Below are positions 11,926 to 25,139 of a DNA stretch of 64,000 nt, one piece after another. Where the stretch lies: positions 21,392,001 to 21,456,000 of the forward strand of contig NC_045696.1 of the NCBI RefSeq assembly GCF_009834535.1, in the 5' to 3' direction. A program made the translations under genes and the position numbers. Below the pieces are notes generated by a model that saw only the letters and a program-made list of their open reading frames with translations, had not been told where the DNA came from and did not search any database. The DNA comes from Camelus ferus (taxonomy: Eukaryota). The stretch's first letter is position 1, and every line of letters begins with the position of its first letter.

Positions 11926-14518
11926 CATCTTTTAAAATGTCATATTTGGACATCAGTTGAATTCATAGCTACAAGTCTCATGTAAAATTTAGGCTATTGA
12001 CTCAGGAAAGTGGGAGGAATGGAATGTATGTGCCCACAAATAGCTGAAAGATTCAAAGACCATTGAGGAGATACTCAGTGTACCTGCAGTGAGCATCCTC
12101 GGCCAGCTGATGTGGCCTGAGCCCTGGGCAGGGAGGCTCTCCCTCCTTGACTTTAACAGTCTTGGGATCTTCGGTGACTTCACAAGTTGGGGTTGAGAGA
12201 GGGAGTTTCTTTTCAAGAAGCTGGGATGTGAGATTATATGACTGCTCATCAAAATGCTCTCACATTTCTGTTCCCGCAGGTAAGATGGCTTGTTCTACCA
12301 CTGGGATAAAACCACCCTCCGAATGAGGAGCCCCATGAAGGCAGTGGAAAATGTCCTGGGTTGTAGAACGGGAAATGAGACAATTTAACATCCAAATTAA
12401 AACACTTTTCAGAGTGTAAGGAGAGGCCCCAAGTAATTCAAATTATACTATTTCTGAAATTCTTCTTTATTAATTGAAAAAAATAAATTTATGTAAGTGG
12501 ACCTACAGAAGAATACTATTCAAAAACAATTTTAAATGTAAAATTCTACCTAAAAGCAATGTACCCACGCAAACCCATAGATACACACTTGCATTAAAGC
12601 AACAGTAAAAACTCTATCTGGAGTATCTAAACATTAAAGATAGCATTTTGGTACCTGCTTAAGGTATCAATTCTGTACTTTCATAAATTTTCAATAATAT
12701 TTTTTTTCACAATATGTTACTGGTATTGTTTTTAGAGATTATTCTTATTTCAGTATATTATTATCTTAATATTTTAATAAAAATAGCCAGTGATATCCTG
12801 CAAAATTACATCATAGTTGATAAATTTGAAATTATATTAACTTTCCCTTATACCATCCTATTCTTAATAAGAAAGTGCTCCGTCCACAGGCACTGACGTA
12901 TGGCAAGTGTAGGCCAAATTCTACTAAATGGAAACTATTTTCAATTTTACTTTATTTTTCTACTTGAAATACAATTAATGTATGTATATGTAACACCTAC
13001 ATGTCATGTATATTATCCCAAATATTTTTCACAGGTACTATCTGTTTTCTCTGTTCAAAGGACATTTCTTCAGCAAATATTAAATTATGTCTAGTTTAGA
13101 TACTGCAAGCATATAGATTCTCAATCTCATTCCACTCTATTACAGAATATAAATTTGCCTTATTAAAAATAAGAGCTTTCCCCCAAAAAAAGTACTTTCA
13201 TAAGAAGATACATTACAAAATAATTATAGGATTTCAAAATAAACCCTTTATACAATTTGAGCTCTCACTGTATAATTTATTCAGATCTTCTCATGCTTTT
13301 TTTAAAGGAAATTTTTCAATACCTGACTGTTTACTATCTTTGTCTTCAAAGATTGGCATGTATAAAAGTTTCAGAAGCTCAATGTTTGGAGTGTTTCATT
13401 TGATTTTATAATTTACTTACAGATTCCCAAATGATATTTTGGAAGTAGTGATAAACATGGAAGAATTTATCCTCAAAAAAAAGTCAATAATATTGGAGGG
13501 CATTTAGGATGGTAGGTACAGTAGTCCCTCACATTCTCAAATATATCTAAGATTGTTTAAGCCACGCTGAAAGCCTTTTTTATGATTCTTATTTTAGTAT
13601 TTATCAATTTCATCACAAAGATGTTGTAGTTCATAATTTCATCATGAAAATATACATGTATATTTGCATGTATATATCCACACATGTAAATATGAATGCA
13701 TGTATGATGTCTGCATCACAATCCATTTGATACAAATTTCTAGTTCATTTCTTTTTTAATTCAGTGTAGATGATCTCACCATTACAAATATTAAATTTTG
13801 GTTTTTTACTATAAATTCAAAGACAATTCCATTTTTTATCCTTGTCGACTTTATGAAATTTCTGAATCTCCTGTTTGATTCCATTAACTGGCTGCTTTAT
13901 TATAATTTACAAAAATTGATTGCCTAATTGAAGCACCTGATGCTACTCCTGGAAAACCTGATATAATGTAATTACTTGTAAATGCTTCCTTTTCACTAAA
14001 TGAGGCCAACTCATTAACCAGTATTTATTAACATCTGCAACATTTGTATAACATTTAAAACATGCTTAAGAAAACTTTGCATTGAAAAAATGAGTGAAAT
14101 TATTTTGTTCAATATAGTGAACTAGTGTATTTCATTTGATAAATGAAATTCATGCTATTGATGTCATATATAAATGCACCCTCAGCGATTACATGGGTCA
14201 AATCATTTCTTTGAGCATACATTTTCTTCTTTCCTTTCTTTTTCCTTTTGTTATTCATTGGCCCACTCAGGTTTTTAATAGACTCTTGAATTAAATTTGT
14301 TATCAAATATGTAGAATATAGATAAATATTAATAAATTTATATTTAATGATTTACCTTTCCAAAGAAATAATTCATTCTTTCTAGGCTACTAAATATATT
14401 AGCATATGCATTTTCAAACATATTGAAATATATATTATCAGATTTATTGAAAAACTATTTTTAAGATTTCCTAATCTGTAATTACATTCCCTTTGTCATT
14501 TACAACATGGTCATGGTG

Positions 14519-14695
14519 CCTCCTTCCTTTCCTCTTCCTTTCCTTCTTCCCTTACTCCCCTCCTTTTCTTCTCTCTTTTTTCCTACTTTTTCTTCTTTTC
14601 CTCATTTTCTTTTCTTTTCTCTTCTTTCTTTTCTTTCTTTTCTTTCTTTCCCTGTTTCTCTATTTTGGTTTTTCTCTATTTCTCTCTTTCTTCCT
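14519..14695. repeat. Polypyrimidine (CT-rich) low-complexity tract, about 175 bp
   Basis: Almost exclusively C/T on the + strand (ccttccttt, ctttt units). Confidence 0.9.
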
Positions 14696-15399
14696 AGATT
14701 TACCAAAGTCTGTTCTATCTTTCTGATCTTGTTTAGAAAAATCCTGGATAAAGTCTGCTATTTAATAATTTCTACATTTAATTGTGAAAATAATTGTATT
14801 TGTTAAGTTTAGAATATATTTGCTCATTTTTCTAGCTACTTGAGCTGAATACTTTTTTTAAATTTTTAAAAGCTTTATTAAAGGTATACTGCATGACAAA
14901 CAACTACATTAAGAGACAGAGGATGGGTCACAGACTTTTTCTCATTAACTACACATTTTCAAGTAGATGCTGTTGCTATTTCTGCAGTTTTTGTGTCTTC
15001 TTATTTTCATGTGCTTAATGACACGACTGTGGCCCACTGGAAAATACTGTATGTAAGGTATGTGTATCCTTGATTGCACTGAGAAGTGGAAGATCAGTAC
15101 TTAATGTTTCATTAAATATGTAACTTTCAGCTTATTGATATCAAGGTATGTAGTTGCAAACTAAAAATGTATTTACAACAACATCAGTCCTACTACTCTC
15201 TACACGTTGTGTGGCAAAAATCCTCAGACACTCTTCTCTGCTGCTATTTCACGTGCGTTGGCAAGACTGCCCCTATTTCCTGCTGATAGACCAGCTGGTG
15301 GCCTGTAACTAAGCCACGTGACTAACAGGGGCAGCGATACCAAATATGTGCCCCACAACCACCTACGGACCTAAGTCCTAAAAATTTAGCCTTCTCTGG

Positions 15400-15544
15400 C
15401 GGGGGTGGGAGGTATTGTTCTGTGGTAGAGTGTGTGCTTAGCATGCATGAGGTCCTGGGTTCAATCCCCAGTACCTCCACATAATAAATAAATAAACCTA
15501 ATTGCCTCACCTCCTCCCTCACTCCCCCAAAACAAACAGAAAAG
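15400..15544 (+). mobile_element. tRNA-Ala(AGC)-derived SINE (camelid vic-1 family)
   Basis: gtggtagagtgtgtgcttagcatgcatgaggtcctgggttcaatccccagtacctcca, then an aataaataaacctaatt tail. Exact TSD ttagccttctctgg at 15386-15399 and 15545-15558. Confidence 0.93.
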
Positions 15545-15939
15545 TTAGCCTTCTCTGGTTTTTCTGAGTGGGATTTATCAGTTATGACCCTTCATGCTCT
15601 CCTGAAAGAGAAGTATTAGTTACTTTGCATCTGAAAGGTTATTAGTGGGTGTTTTCTAATTTTAACACTTAGATATTAAAGTATCTCACGCAGTACTAGA
15701 CAAAACCATGGAAATACAATGGAACCTCAATAATCTGTATCAGTTCAGGTAAGACAATATTTAAGCAGTATATTTTAAAAACCCAGAATAAATGTGTCAT
15801 AAGGAGACCAGGATGGCAAGTGAAAAATGATGATTTTGCTGAGAAAACTGGAGTGAAGTCACTCTAGTAGCAAAGGTGAGAAATTAAAAGTACAGTATAA
15901 CAATAGCCTGCCTTGTGACCATGTTCAGAAATGAAATCT

Positions 15940-16155
15940 TTTTTTCTTGTATATATATTTTTATTGACATACAGTCAGTTTACAATGTTGTGTCAATTTC
16001 CAGTGTACAGCGTAATGCTTCAGTTATACATGAACATACATATATTCATTTTCATATTCTTTTTCACTATAAGTTACTACAAGATATTAAATATAGTTCC
16101 CTGTGCTATCCAATACGAACTTGTCATTTATCTATATATTAGTCAGTATTTACAA
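15940..16155 (-). mobile_element. Lineage-specific (artiodactyl/camelid) L1 3' end
   Basis: tttattgacatacagtcagtttacaatgttgtgtcaatttc...aatatagttccctgtgctat, similar to the copies at 31245 and 45335. Confidence 0.85.
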
Positions 16156-16569
16156 ACTAATATATATAAAATAGAAATAAAATATTTACCATCTTCATGT
16201 ATTTTTGTATATTGTCTCGTGAACCAAGGTCTTGTGCATATATTTAAATAGTTCAGCTTCCTCTTTTTCCTATGCTTTATGTCTGCTCTTTCGCATAGAT
16301 GTCTTGATCAAAATTAACTTTTTGATTTAGCCCGTTCATTAGGGAATATCAAAATGATAATTCGTGCCACCAATATTTTGGAAAGTGGGATCATCCTAAA
16401 GAGATAGATGTAGTAACTGATGAGAATTTTAGGCATCCCATGTGTGAAATAAGAACATTTTTTGCTGCTTAAATGAGAGTTGCACATGTGTACATGTAGA
16501 AAGGATTTATGTGGTGTTGCTTGGTCAATCAGATGGACTCTAGCACGTTTATGATCCTTGTCACTGAAG

Positions 16570-17090
16570 CTTCTCATGACCCCATCTTCTGTTTGGTTAA
16601 TATCCAACCTATGAGACCTTGGGCATGGTGAGTCAGTCCACTTGAAAGTATAGACACTAAAAATAGCAGAATTTTGCTCTACCAGGCTTCCTTGCACCTT
16701 AGAGGCATGCACAAGCTCTAGGCTTCACTGATCAAATTCACTTGTTTGGATTTTAAAAGACAACTCAGTGACTGAAAGAAACTGGAAAACTAAAGACCTC
16801 TCACTCACAACAGTGGTCACCGCAGCAAGCTGGATTTTCTTCAGATCCAGCACCAGCTCTGTCCTCGAGATGAGCGGAAGTGCTTAATATCTGGGGGTGG
16901 TGGTCAGTGTATTACACGTCTGTCAGTTCTCCAGTGCAATTTTAGTCACTGCTCCTTAACTGTATGTTCTCTACTTCTGGTTCTCTGGCCCACCTGGCGA
17001 TAGGTGATATACTCAGTGTTATTTTCGTATATTTCCTTCCTTTCCGAGAAGTGATTCTGGATTCATCTAACTAGGAATCCAAACACTGCA
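16570..17090 (+). mobile_element. ERVL LTR (LTR33-like)
   Basis: ccaggcttccttgcaccttagaggcatgcacaagctctaggc...ggattttaaaagacaactcagtgac, ending gattctg...aactaggaatcc. Confidence 0.55.
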
Positions 17091-19134
17091 TACCCCACTA
17101 ATGATTCCTAGGGATAAGATTCAAGACTATATGAAGACATTTGTCCATAAGGCACAAACAATATTATTGCAAGATCATTTTCTCCTAGAAAAAAATTTTA
17201 ATCTCATTTCAAGCTTAAACCAAAAAGTAGTATGATTCGCTCACTAGAGGCAGTTATCTTTCGAAATGCAATCTTATTAATTCTGGGTAGAGCCATCACA
17301 AGGCTTTACATCAGCACGGAGTCACGAAGAAGCAGACAAAATAAAGTCGATCGTTACTGTAAGTCATCTTTAGAGAGTCTAGAAGCAAGAATTTCACTTT
17401 GCATATCATAAATGATTTTTCACCAAAGCCCTCCCTAGACACTGTTTCTTCTTCACGGAGTCTCACACTGAGGCCACCATGAAAATCTTACAACTCTGTC
17501 TCACTTGTGATGTCTCTCCGTGAGCCCCCACCCCCAGAGGCCCTAGAACAGCGGTAGGACAGGTGTTTCAGAGGACTTGGCACATGAATTCTCCCAAGAA
17601 GTGTTATTCTTCATTCTTATGTAAGAATTTCTGGTGAACAAAACCTTCCACAGCTTCACATAAAAAGATATTGGCTCTCTTTGCATCGCATCAGCACTTG
17701 TGTTTTTCCTGATCCAGCTTAAAAAAAAAAAAAAGTGTCTAGCCTGAGAAAATACTGTTAACAAAGACAGATATTGGTTTGTGAACCACAAACATTGGAG
17801 TCACTTTGATTGACAAGTTACCATGAATTCGACTATCTGCCCTTTATATCTAAGGCAATTGAAGGAAGGTTATGTGACTACCTTGCAGAAGCAGAGAAGT
17901 CTACTGCAAAGGAATTCTTGTCAATGAAATTACAATATCTATTGTTGGTGGGCTCTGCTTGGCTTCCCTTACTGTTCAGATTAGTTCATGAAATCATTAT
18001 ATAATCTCCATCTTCTCCATAGGAAATGCAAATATCTTGCTAAGAATCAACCTCTATTAGAAGAGGTAACCCCATCTTCAAGACAAGAGATACATAAAAA
18101 ATGGTTATTTCTTTGTTCCATGCATCAAAGTGGTTTAAAATAAGTGGCAGGCACCACACAGGGAGATATACAAGTATATATTTCCTTTTCCTTTGACTGT
18201 TCTGACTCCGTGATTAGAGTGTTTGCGAACCAAATTCTCTCTTCATTCCATGCTGATTTTTCCACTCAGCAGCAGAATTCACAAGTTATAAGGACAAAGG
18301 CCATTTTCAGATATTTGTAGATTAGAATTGATTAGAGTATTATTATATTTACAGATAAATTACTGTTGGACCGAGGCCAGTCTAATGGTATCAATTTGTG
18401 TGACATTTTGCAAAGCAAATCTGTCATTAACCTTCTAGCCAGCCTTGTGTTTTAAGCAACCTATAATAATCCTTTACAAACATGAAATGGATTTAGCAAA
18501 AATCAGGAAAGCCATATCAAGTTAGGTAAGTTGCATAAGAATAGGAAGGTCAGATTAAAATCAGGTGACATTTAATAAACACTAAATTTGAAGTTGCAAT
18601 GTCTGTGTTCATAGTGGCTATTTAGTATTCAGTGTTCCTCTAACAGTCACTCTAGCATTGTGTGTTTCTCTGGGTACAGACCTGTAAGTGGAAAGTAGAA
18701 AATGAAAGAAAGCTTGAGGGATTTTACTTGCAAAATGAATGCTGTTAGTGTATAAGAACCACGGATGAATAAGCTAAAATGAGGAGGCAGCAGAAGTGAA
18801 CTAGTTTAAATTCAGTTATGTAAATATAAAAGCACATCAAATACTGATGACCTCTTATTGGATTGAAGCCATCCCTATAATTTGATTTGACAGATCTTGT
18901 TGTTTTATAGCTATTATATATGAACTTTTAATATTTTCTTGGTGTATAGGATGTTTTCTTGTTCATAAATCTAATTTAAGATTTTTTTAAGGTTAATTGA
19001 AAGTTGGCTATAAACACCTTACTCAGAATTTTATTTTTTTTATTACTCATATATTGAAAAAAATAACTCAATATGAATTAAATTGTCATCTGCTATCATC
19101 TTTTTCTTGTATTATACCAAAGAAAGATAGTGTC

Positions 19135-19590
19135 TGTGATGATTAATTTTACGTGTTAACTTGAGTGGCCCTTGGGTGCCCAAGTTAAACATTATGAGAG
19201 TGGGTCTGTGAGGCTGTTTCTGGATGAAATTAGCATTTGAATCAGTGAACTCAGTAAGTAGATGGCCCTCCCCAGTCTGAGTGGGCATTAGCCAATCACC
19301 TGAGAGAGGGACTAGAACAAAAGGCAGAGGAGGGAGGGATATGCCCTGCTTTCTCCTTCCTTACTGTTTGAGCAGGAACATCTCGTCTCATCTTCCCTGA
19401 CCTCAGTCTAGGACTTACACCATCAGCTCCCCTGATTCTCAAGCCTTTGGTCTCAGGCTGAGTTACCCCTCTGGTTTCCTTGGGGCTCCATCTTCAGATG
19501 GCAGATGGTGGGACTCCTCCGCCTCCAAATAAATGTGTGTGTGTGCGTGTGTTTCAGTATCCTATTGGTTCGGTTTCTCCAGAGAAATTT
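19135..19590 (+). mobile_element. ERVL LTR (MLT2C/MLT2D-like)
   Basis: Canonical start tgtgatgattaattttacgtgttaacttga, tttctggatgaaattagcatttgaatcagtgaactcagta, and end tcctattggttcggtttctccagagaa. Confidence 0.9.
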
Positions 19591-20149
19591 AATTCACCAG
19601 CTTTTACATTTTGCATGTATTTTGTTTCTGATATAAAATTTAAAATTCAGGTTATTTTGAAAAATAAACAAAGTAGAAAGATTGTACAATGACCTTACTT
19701 ACTCATCACAAATCTTCAAAAATTTGTTTAATTATATATGCATTTTAAAGCAATATTTAACATTCAATAAACCAAAAATACATCTAGCTACCAAATTTCA
19801 CTGTTCTTCACACATATATAAAAATAAAATATAAATGCAATATTCTCTAACAAGCATTAATTTAGTATTAACTGTATGCCTATTCAAATAACTCTACATT
19901 GCTGTTCTTCCTCCTAAGGGACAAGTGGCTTATGTGTGGAGAACTGAAATATGTATATTCATGCAGAATTTATTCTCCACACATATATCTATGTGTATGT
20001 TAATATCACAAAATGGGAAAGTCGCTGATGGTTCCCAAATGAAATGTATGTAGACACATAAAGAAGGAAGTGGCTATAGGGAACCAGACTTGTTGGGGGG
20101 AAAAAGATTTAAAGAAAATACAGAATTTGAATACAAAAAAAATATAGTT

Positions 20150-20570
20150 GGTGTTCTCATGCACTGCCAGGATCTGCCTCAGGACTGAAGGACTGGCCAT
20201 TCAGCAGCTGGGTATGCTGACAACTGTCTGTCACCTCTGGGCACTGCCCTGCTCTGAAGAGCTTTGCTTGATCTGAGGCCAGATCCCATTTCCAGAGCAG
20301 CCAACATCTAATCACTAGTGTATGTTGCGGGAGTTTAAGGCCCTGCTCCCTCACCACTTTGTGGGATGACTTCCAGTAAACACTGGAGCTTTAGTGCACT
20401 TAGGGCCCTGGCTGAAGCCTTTGCTGAGTCTGCATCACGAGTTGCCTTCTCTTTTGCCCAATCTGGCTTCCTTCCTGTCCATTTTAAAGCAGCAGATCCC
20501 AGAAGCATTCCCCAAGAAACTACCAGCCTAAGAAATATGCAGTTCAAGTCTATTTCCAAGTAAGAGAGCT
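20150..20570 (+). mobile_element. ERVL LTR16-like LTR
   Basis: cctcaggactgaaggact...ggctgaagcctttgctgagtctgcatcac...tgcccaatctggcttccttc...gatcccagaagcattcccc. Confidence 0.8.
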
Positions 20571-20779
20571 TGGAACATAAGGGTTGAAAGTGATCAGGAA
20601 ACATGAAGCAGATGGTTTTCAAACAAAAAAATCAGGGCAAGATGGTTTCTACTGTTCTTGAAAGACAAAATTATTTTATTTAACTCAAAACTAGGGCTTT
20701 TGGTAAAAAGTGTCTCCCAGTGTAAAATTTGTGGACCAAATGCATCAAATTCTAATCCCTAATCACTCCCAAATCTTCA

Positions 20780-20781
<2 letters not shown>

Positions 20782-20815
<34 letters not shown>
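20782..20815. repeat. (TG)17 microsatellite, possibly within a MER5-like hAT relic (about 20710-20920)
   Basis: The repeat is read directly. The flanks (tgtggaccaaatgcatca, atctgcatttt) only weakly resemble MER5. Confidence 0.9.
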
Positions 20816-20821
<6 letters not shown>

Positions 20822-21109
20822 AGTGTGAGTGTCTTTGGGGTAGGAGAGAAGAGGAAGAGGATCTGCATTTGTTAGAAATTCTCTGGGAGCTTCTGTGCAT
20901 CCTAATGTGACACAAATGTTTATAGTACATAAAGCAGGGAAGGAGCACTATGTCTGGAGTCTGTCTGATGTTCTGAGAAGCTTTTTATACTCACATACAT
21001 ATAGATTCATTCATTTATTGATATTTATCGTATATTTATTTATTTTCCTTTTCTCTTTCCATTACTTGTTTGAATGAGGCTGTGCATTATATAAGAATTT
21101 AGTATAAAT

Positions 21110-21570
21110 GTGCTATCTATGTGCCTGTTTGACCTCAGAGCCTTTCCTTACCCTGTTCCACTGTTCTTCACATTCCAGAGGCGCTAACTTCAGTGACTGC
21201 ATCTCCCCGTGTCAGCGGGCTTCCAGCCAGCTTTCACTAATGGAAAAGAGAAAAGGGAAGGCGGGGCTTTTCTTACCCTTTCTCTCTGCCTTTGGGAGAA
21301 TCTTTATCTCCTTTAGCTTTCCATGGAAGCACATGCTGTATATCCAGACACTGCGAGGAGACCTGGGCTTCTGGCACCAGTTATAAATCCTCATTCCCCG
21401 TCACTCTGGGGAGGAGAGTGGATTTCTCTTCAGTTAATCTCTGATTTGCTCTGCCAATCTCTTGTTTTCTTAGCTCTTGCATCACTTGTGTAATCAATCC
21501 CTTGCATTGAATTCACTCTGTATTAGGTACTGGTGCTGGTCTCCACTTTCTTGGTCAGGTTGTGCATGAT
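21110..21570 (+). mobile_element. ERVL LTR (LTR33/LTR41-like)
   Basis: gactgcatctcc...ggcttccagccagcttt...ctgggcttctgg...cacttgtgtaatcaatcccttgcattgaattc. Confidence 0.6.
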
Positions 21571-23279
21571 ATACAACCACAGATCGGAGGGGAAAATTTG
21601 TGCCAGTGGAAAGACTGCTGAATAGGGTCATCTATTTATAATGTAATTAAAACAAAAGAAAATAAAACAGCAACAAAACAGATATAGCTTAAAATTATTT
21701 AGTGCTCCTCTGATTCTGAAACTTCAGAAGGTTTAATATGAAAGATGATGAACTATTAGGTTCACATGAGCCAAGCCCACACATCAGCGTCCCGTTTACT
21801 TTAATCTCAAAACATCTTCCAATTTTTCTAAAATCAGATTTTCTTGATTTAATAACATAACAGTAAAGCAATACATCTGTCTTTAACCTCTGTAATATTT
21901 GAGCCCATGAGGGTATTTTTAAAGTCTGGAGATCAGGACTCAGTGAGTGTTCACATAAGACCAAAAGAATATCAATACTAGAGCTGAGATGACTATTTCA
22001 CATATTTTTTGTCTCTTTAATTATCTGGAAAAATACTGGTAATTAAAAAAAAAAATTCTTCTTACCTCTTTAAAAGAACACAAACAATAAGCAAACAAGC
22101 CAACCAAAAAACCCAACATTTTAAAATCCCCAGTTTGTTGGTTATCTGAATATTTGTCATTTAAATCATAAATCAAAAACAGTTGAACTATAAATTCATC
22201 AGAAAAAAATTATTTTCCTAAGCCTAATGAAATGTTATCTTACAATATATTAAAATTCTCAAAAATTAAAGATGTATTTCATATACATTCTCAATATAAT
22301 TTTGTCTCAGCAAAACATCTGATTTCCTTTCTTGTGACAGAAATATTTCAAGGTAGACAATAAAAAAGGAAGGGTTTGTAGTCAGTGTCAATGGTAAAAA
22401 TCAATGAGAAATGATGATACCGTTTACCTACTTTATATTGAGTATAAATGTATAAATAGAATTAAGTTCATTTAATTTCATGTAAGTTCATATAAAAATT
22501 TTAAATGGCTATTAAAAAAATCTGTGTGTATTAGTGTATATGTGTAGCCTGCTTTGCTGAATTCATCAGCCTTTGATTCTTTTGCAAAGAATCCATCTAC
22601 TGTCACTTCATCATGGCCTGGAAAATAGTAGGCAGGAAGATAAATGCTATACACAACATCAAACATCTTCTCATATTGTAACACATGCTTTTGTGAGAAT
22701 TCTTATTAGACAATTTCAATTTTTGTATATAATTGTCTTCTTATGACATTGAAATGCTTATACAGAAATCTCTGTGAGACGAAAATCATTAAATAACCTC
22801 CCTTTTTTTAAAAAAAAGGAACAATGTAATGGAGATTATAAGCCTAAATTTTTCACACAGACCCAATCTCTCTAGTAATGACCACAGATATTTGCAATTC
22901 TTTTACCCAGAGAGAAAGAAAAATAAACTGCAATGATAACATTTTGATTAAGGTAATAACAAGAAATATTTTGGGCAATATCTTTAAGCTATCTTAGATT
23001 TATAAATAAATAAATAGAAGTTGAATATTACTTCAGTTCAGTATATCATTGATAAAATCAGCAAATAAAATAGCAAGCAAAGGAGGCTTCAATCAGTATC
23101 TTAAAGAATCATTTTTTGCACTCAAGATATAATTAGTTTATTTTAAATTATTCATTGTCCCTAAAAGATTTGCTTGCATTTGAGAGGAAAGAAAGGAAAA
23201 TAAAATAACATCTATAAGTGTTAAATTTTGCAAAAGGTGCTATTCCTGGTTTTACTCACACTGACTTTAAAAATTTTGT

Positions 23280-23480
23280 CAGAACCCTATTCTGGCAAAA
23301 TGCTCCGAGAAGTATGGGTTCCACGGTCAAATAAGTTTAGGATGTACTGTGTAATGTATTTCTTACTCAACAGTCACTGAGCACTCTGTGTTTAAAGGTT
23401 TAAAAGCAATCATAAATCTGGTACCAAGAAACGACTTGCACTTAACCCAATAATAACCAACTTTATTTGAAACATATCTT
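23280..23480. mobile_element. hAT-Charlie non-autonomous DNA transposon relic (MER112/MER113-like)
   Basis: atgctccgagaagtatgggttccacggtcaaataagtttagg, with a downstream inverted counterpart ccaactttatttga. Confidence 0.6.
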
Positions 23481-25139
23481 GTTTTTGTCACTTACCAACA
23501 TTATGTAAACTAGTTCTTTAAATATTTCTTTAAAAAGCCTGATGTACTATATTTTGCTCATAATTTACTTTTTTTCTAAATAGTTAATTCATATGTCTTA
23601 ACAGTGAGAGTGAAAGTTTGTGGCATCTAAAATTATTTAATAAAGGCAAATTATCTTTCCTGAAACTGAGATAGAGCTGGTGTAAAAGATTAAAATATAG
23701 AATTATTTAAAGAACACATTTGACTGGGATGCTTGAAGTATAATGTATGGAATGCCTAAAGGTCAAGATGTCATCACACACAGGCAGCCTTTTGAAAAGA
23801 TGATGTTTTTCATTAAGATGAAGTATCTCGCCACAGCTTGGCTGAAATTCTGCCTTCCACTGGAAATACTGAAATGATATAATTGAATGAAATAGAATAA
23901 TTTGGCTAGTGTGAATTTCATAAGAGTTGACTAAGAGATGCTTTCAGATGAGTCATTATTACTATTTTATGCAATGCTTTTAGACTGGAAATATTGCATT
24001 TTCACTACTTCCATGAAAACTGAGTGTATCTAGTATATAATCAATCCATTATTTGAGATAAAACCTGGAGTTGAAAAAAAAAGTTAGCAAGATTTTGTTA
24101 AAGAGGAGAACTTATCCAAAAATAATTTAAAAGTCTGCCTGATTTTGCCTGTCGCTGATAGAGAACCAGCAATAGTGTGAAAATGGAGAAATCTGGCTTC
24201 GATATAAGAGAACTTCTTAACTTTTTGAATTATGAGGCATAAAACAGCTTTAAGAGTTTATCCCTACTCTCATAGTCTTCTCTTCTTTTTATTTTTATTT
24301 CTCCCTTTGTTCCTGATATTGTACCCTGCAAAGAATTGAGGCTATGTCAATGGTGTTGAATTAGAGATCTCAGAAGCAGGAACATGATTCTATGAAAACA
24401 GCCCTTTAGAAATGTCAGTTTTATTAGGCAAGCCTATTTCCAAGTAATAGACCTAGCACCGAAAATTCAGGAGTGCCACATAGCAAATAGATGAGAGAAA
24501 ATAAAATCGTAGGAGATTAAGATTTATAGGCGAATAATTTTCTACCTGATTTGTGTTGTATTGTCTTGAGCTATATAGTTTAGTCCATATATTTGCAGGT
24601 AATTTCAGCAACAGATTTATGTCTTCATCTAATTTAAAACATATGCCTTCATAAAGTGTTCTCTTTCTTTATCTTCCTATAAATAGTGCCATTTTCTCCT
24701 CTTCTTTAGGAAGGAGTAGGTATAAAAAAATAGTTTCTTTCTCAAAATATATGTGTATTTAAGAGCACTGCACTCCCAACAGGGCAGAAAAATTTATAAC
24801 ATCATGGAGGTAGCATCCAATCAATCAGCAAACATGAGTTATATTTGTTCTTTGGATTGTTTGAAGCTATGTGGGGCAGTTGAAATAATTCAACAAGGGT
24901 TTAAATATCTGGCTCTGGATAGGTTCTACTCCATCTTCAGACTTTATTCTCCTCTGTGTAACATGGAGAATATTCCAGGTAGAGCTGAACGTTCTACAGG
25001 CCTCTAACAATTCTTTTCTTTCTGACCTACATCAGTAATGTTGCCTTTCTGGGTTTATTCCCATAAGTATCCAGAGAAGTTGCTATTCCTTCCATCTTCA
25101 AAATCAGAAATATCAACCTTAATAATAATGCTTCTACTG

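Noticed and set aside
14493..14806. Hydrophobic F/L/S-rich ORFs resembling membrane proteins
   Set aside because: Translation artefact of the CT-rich tract.
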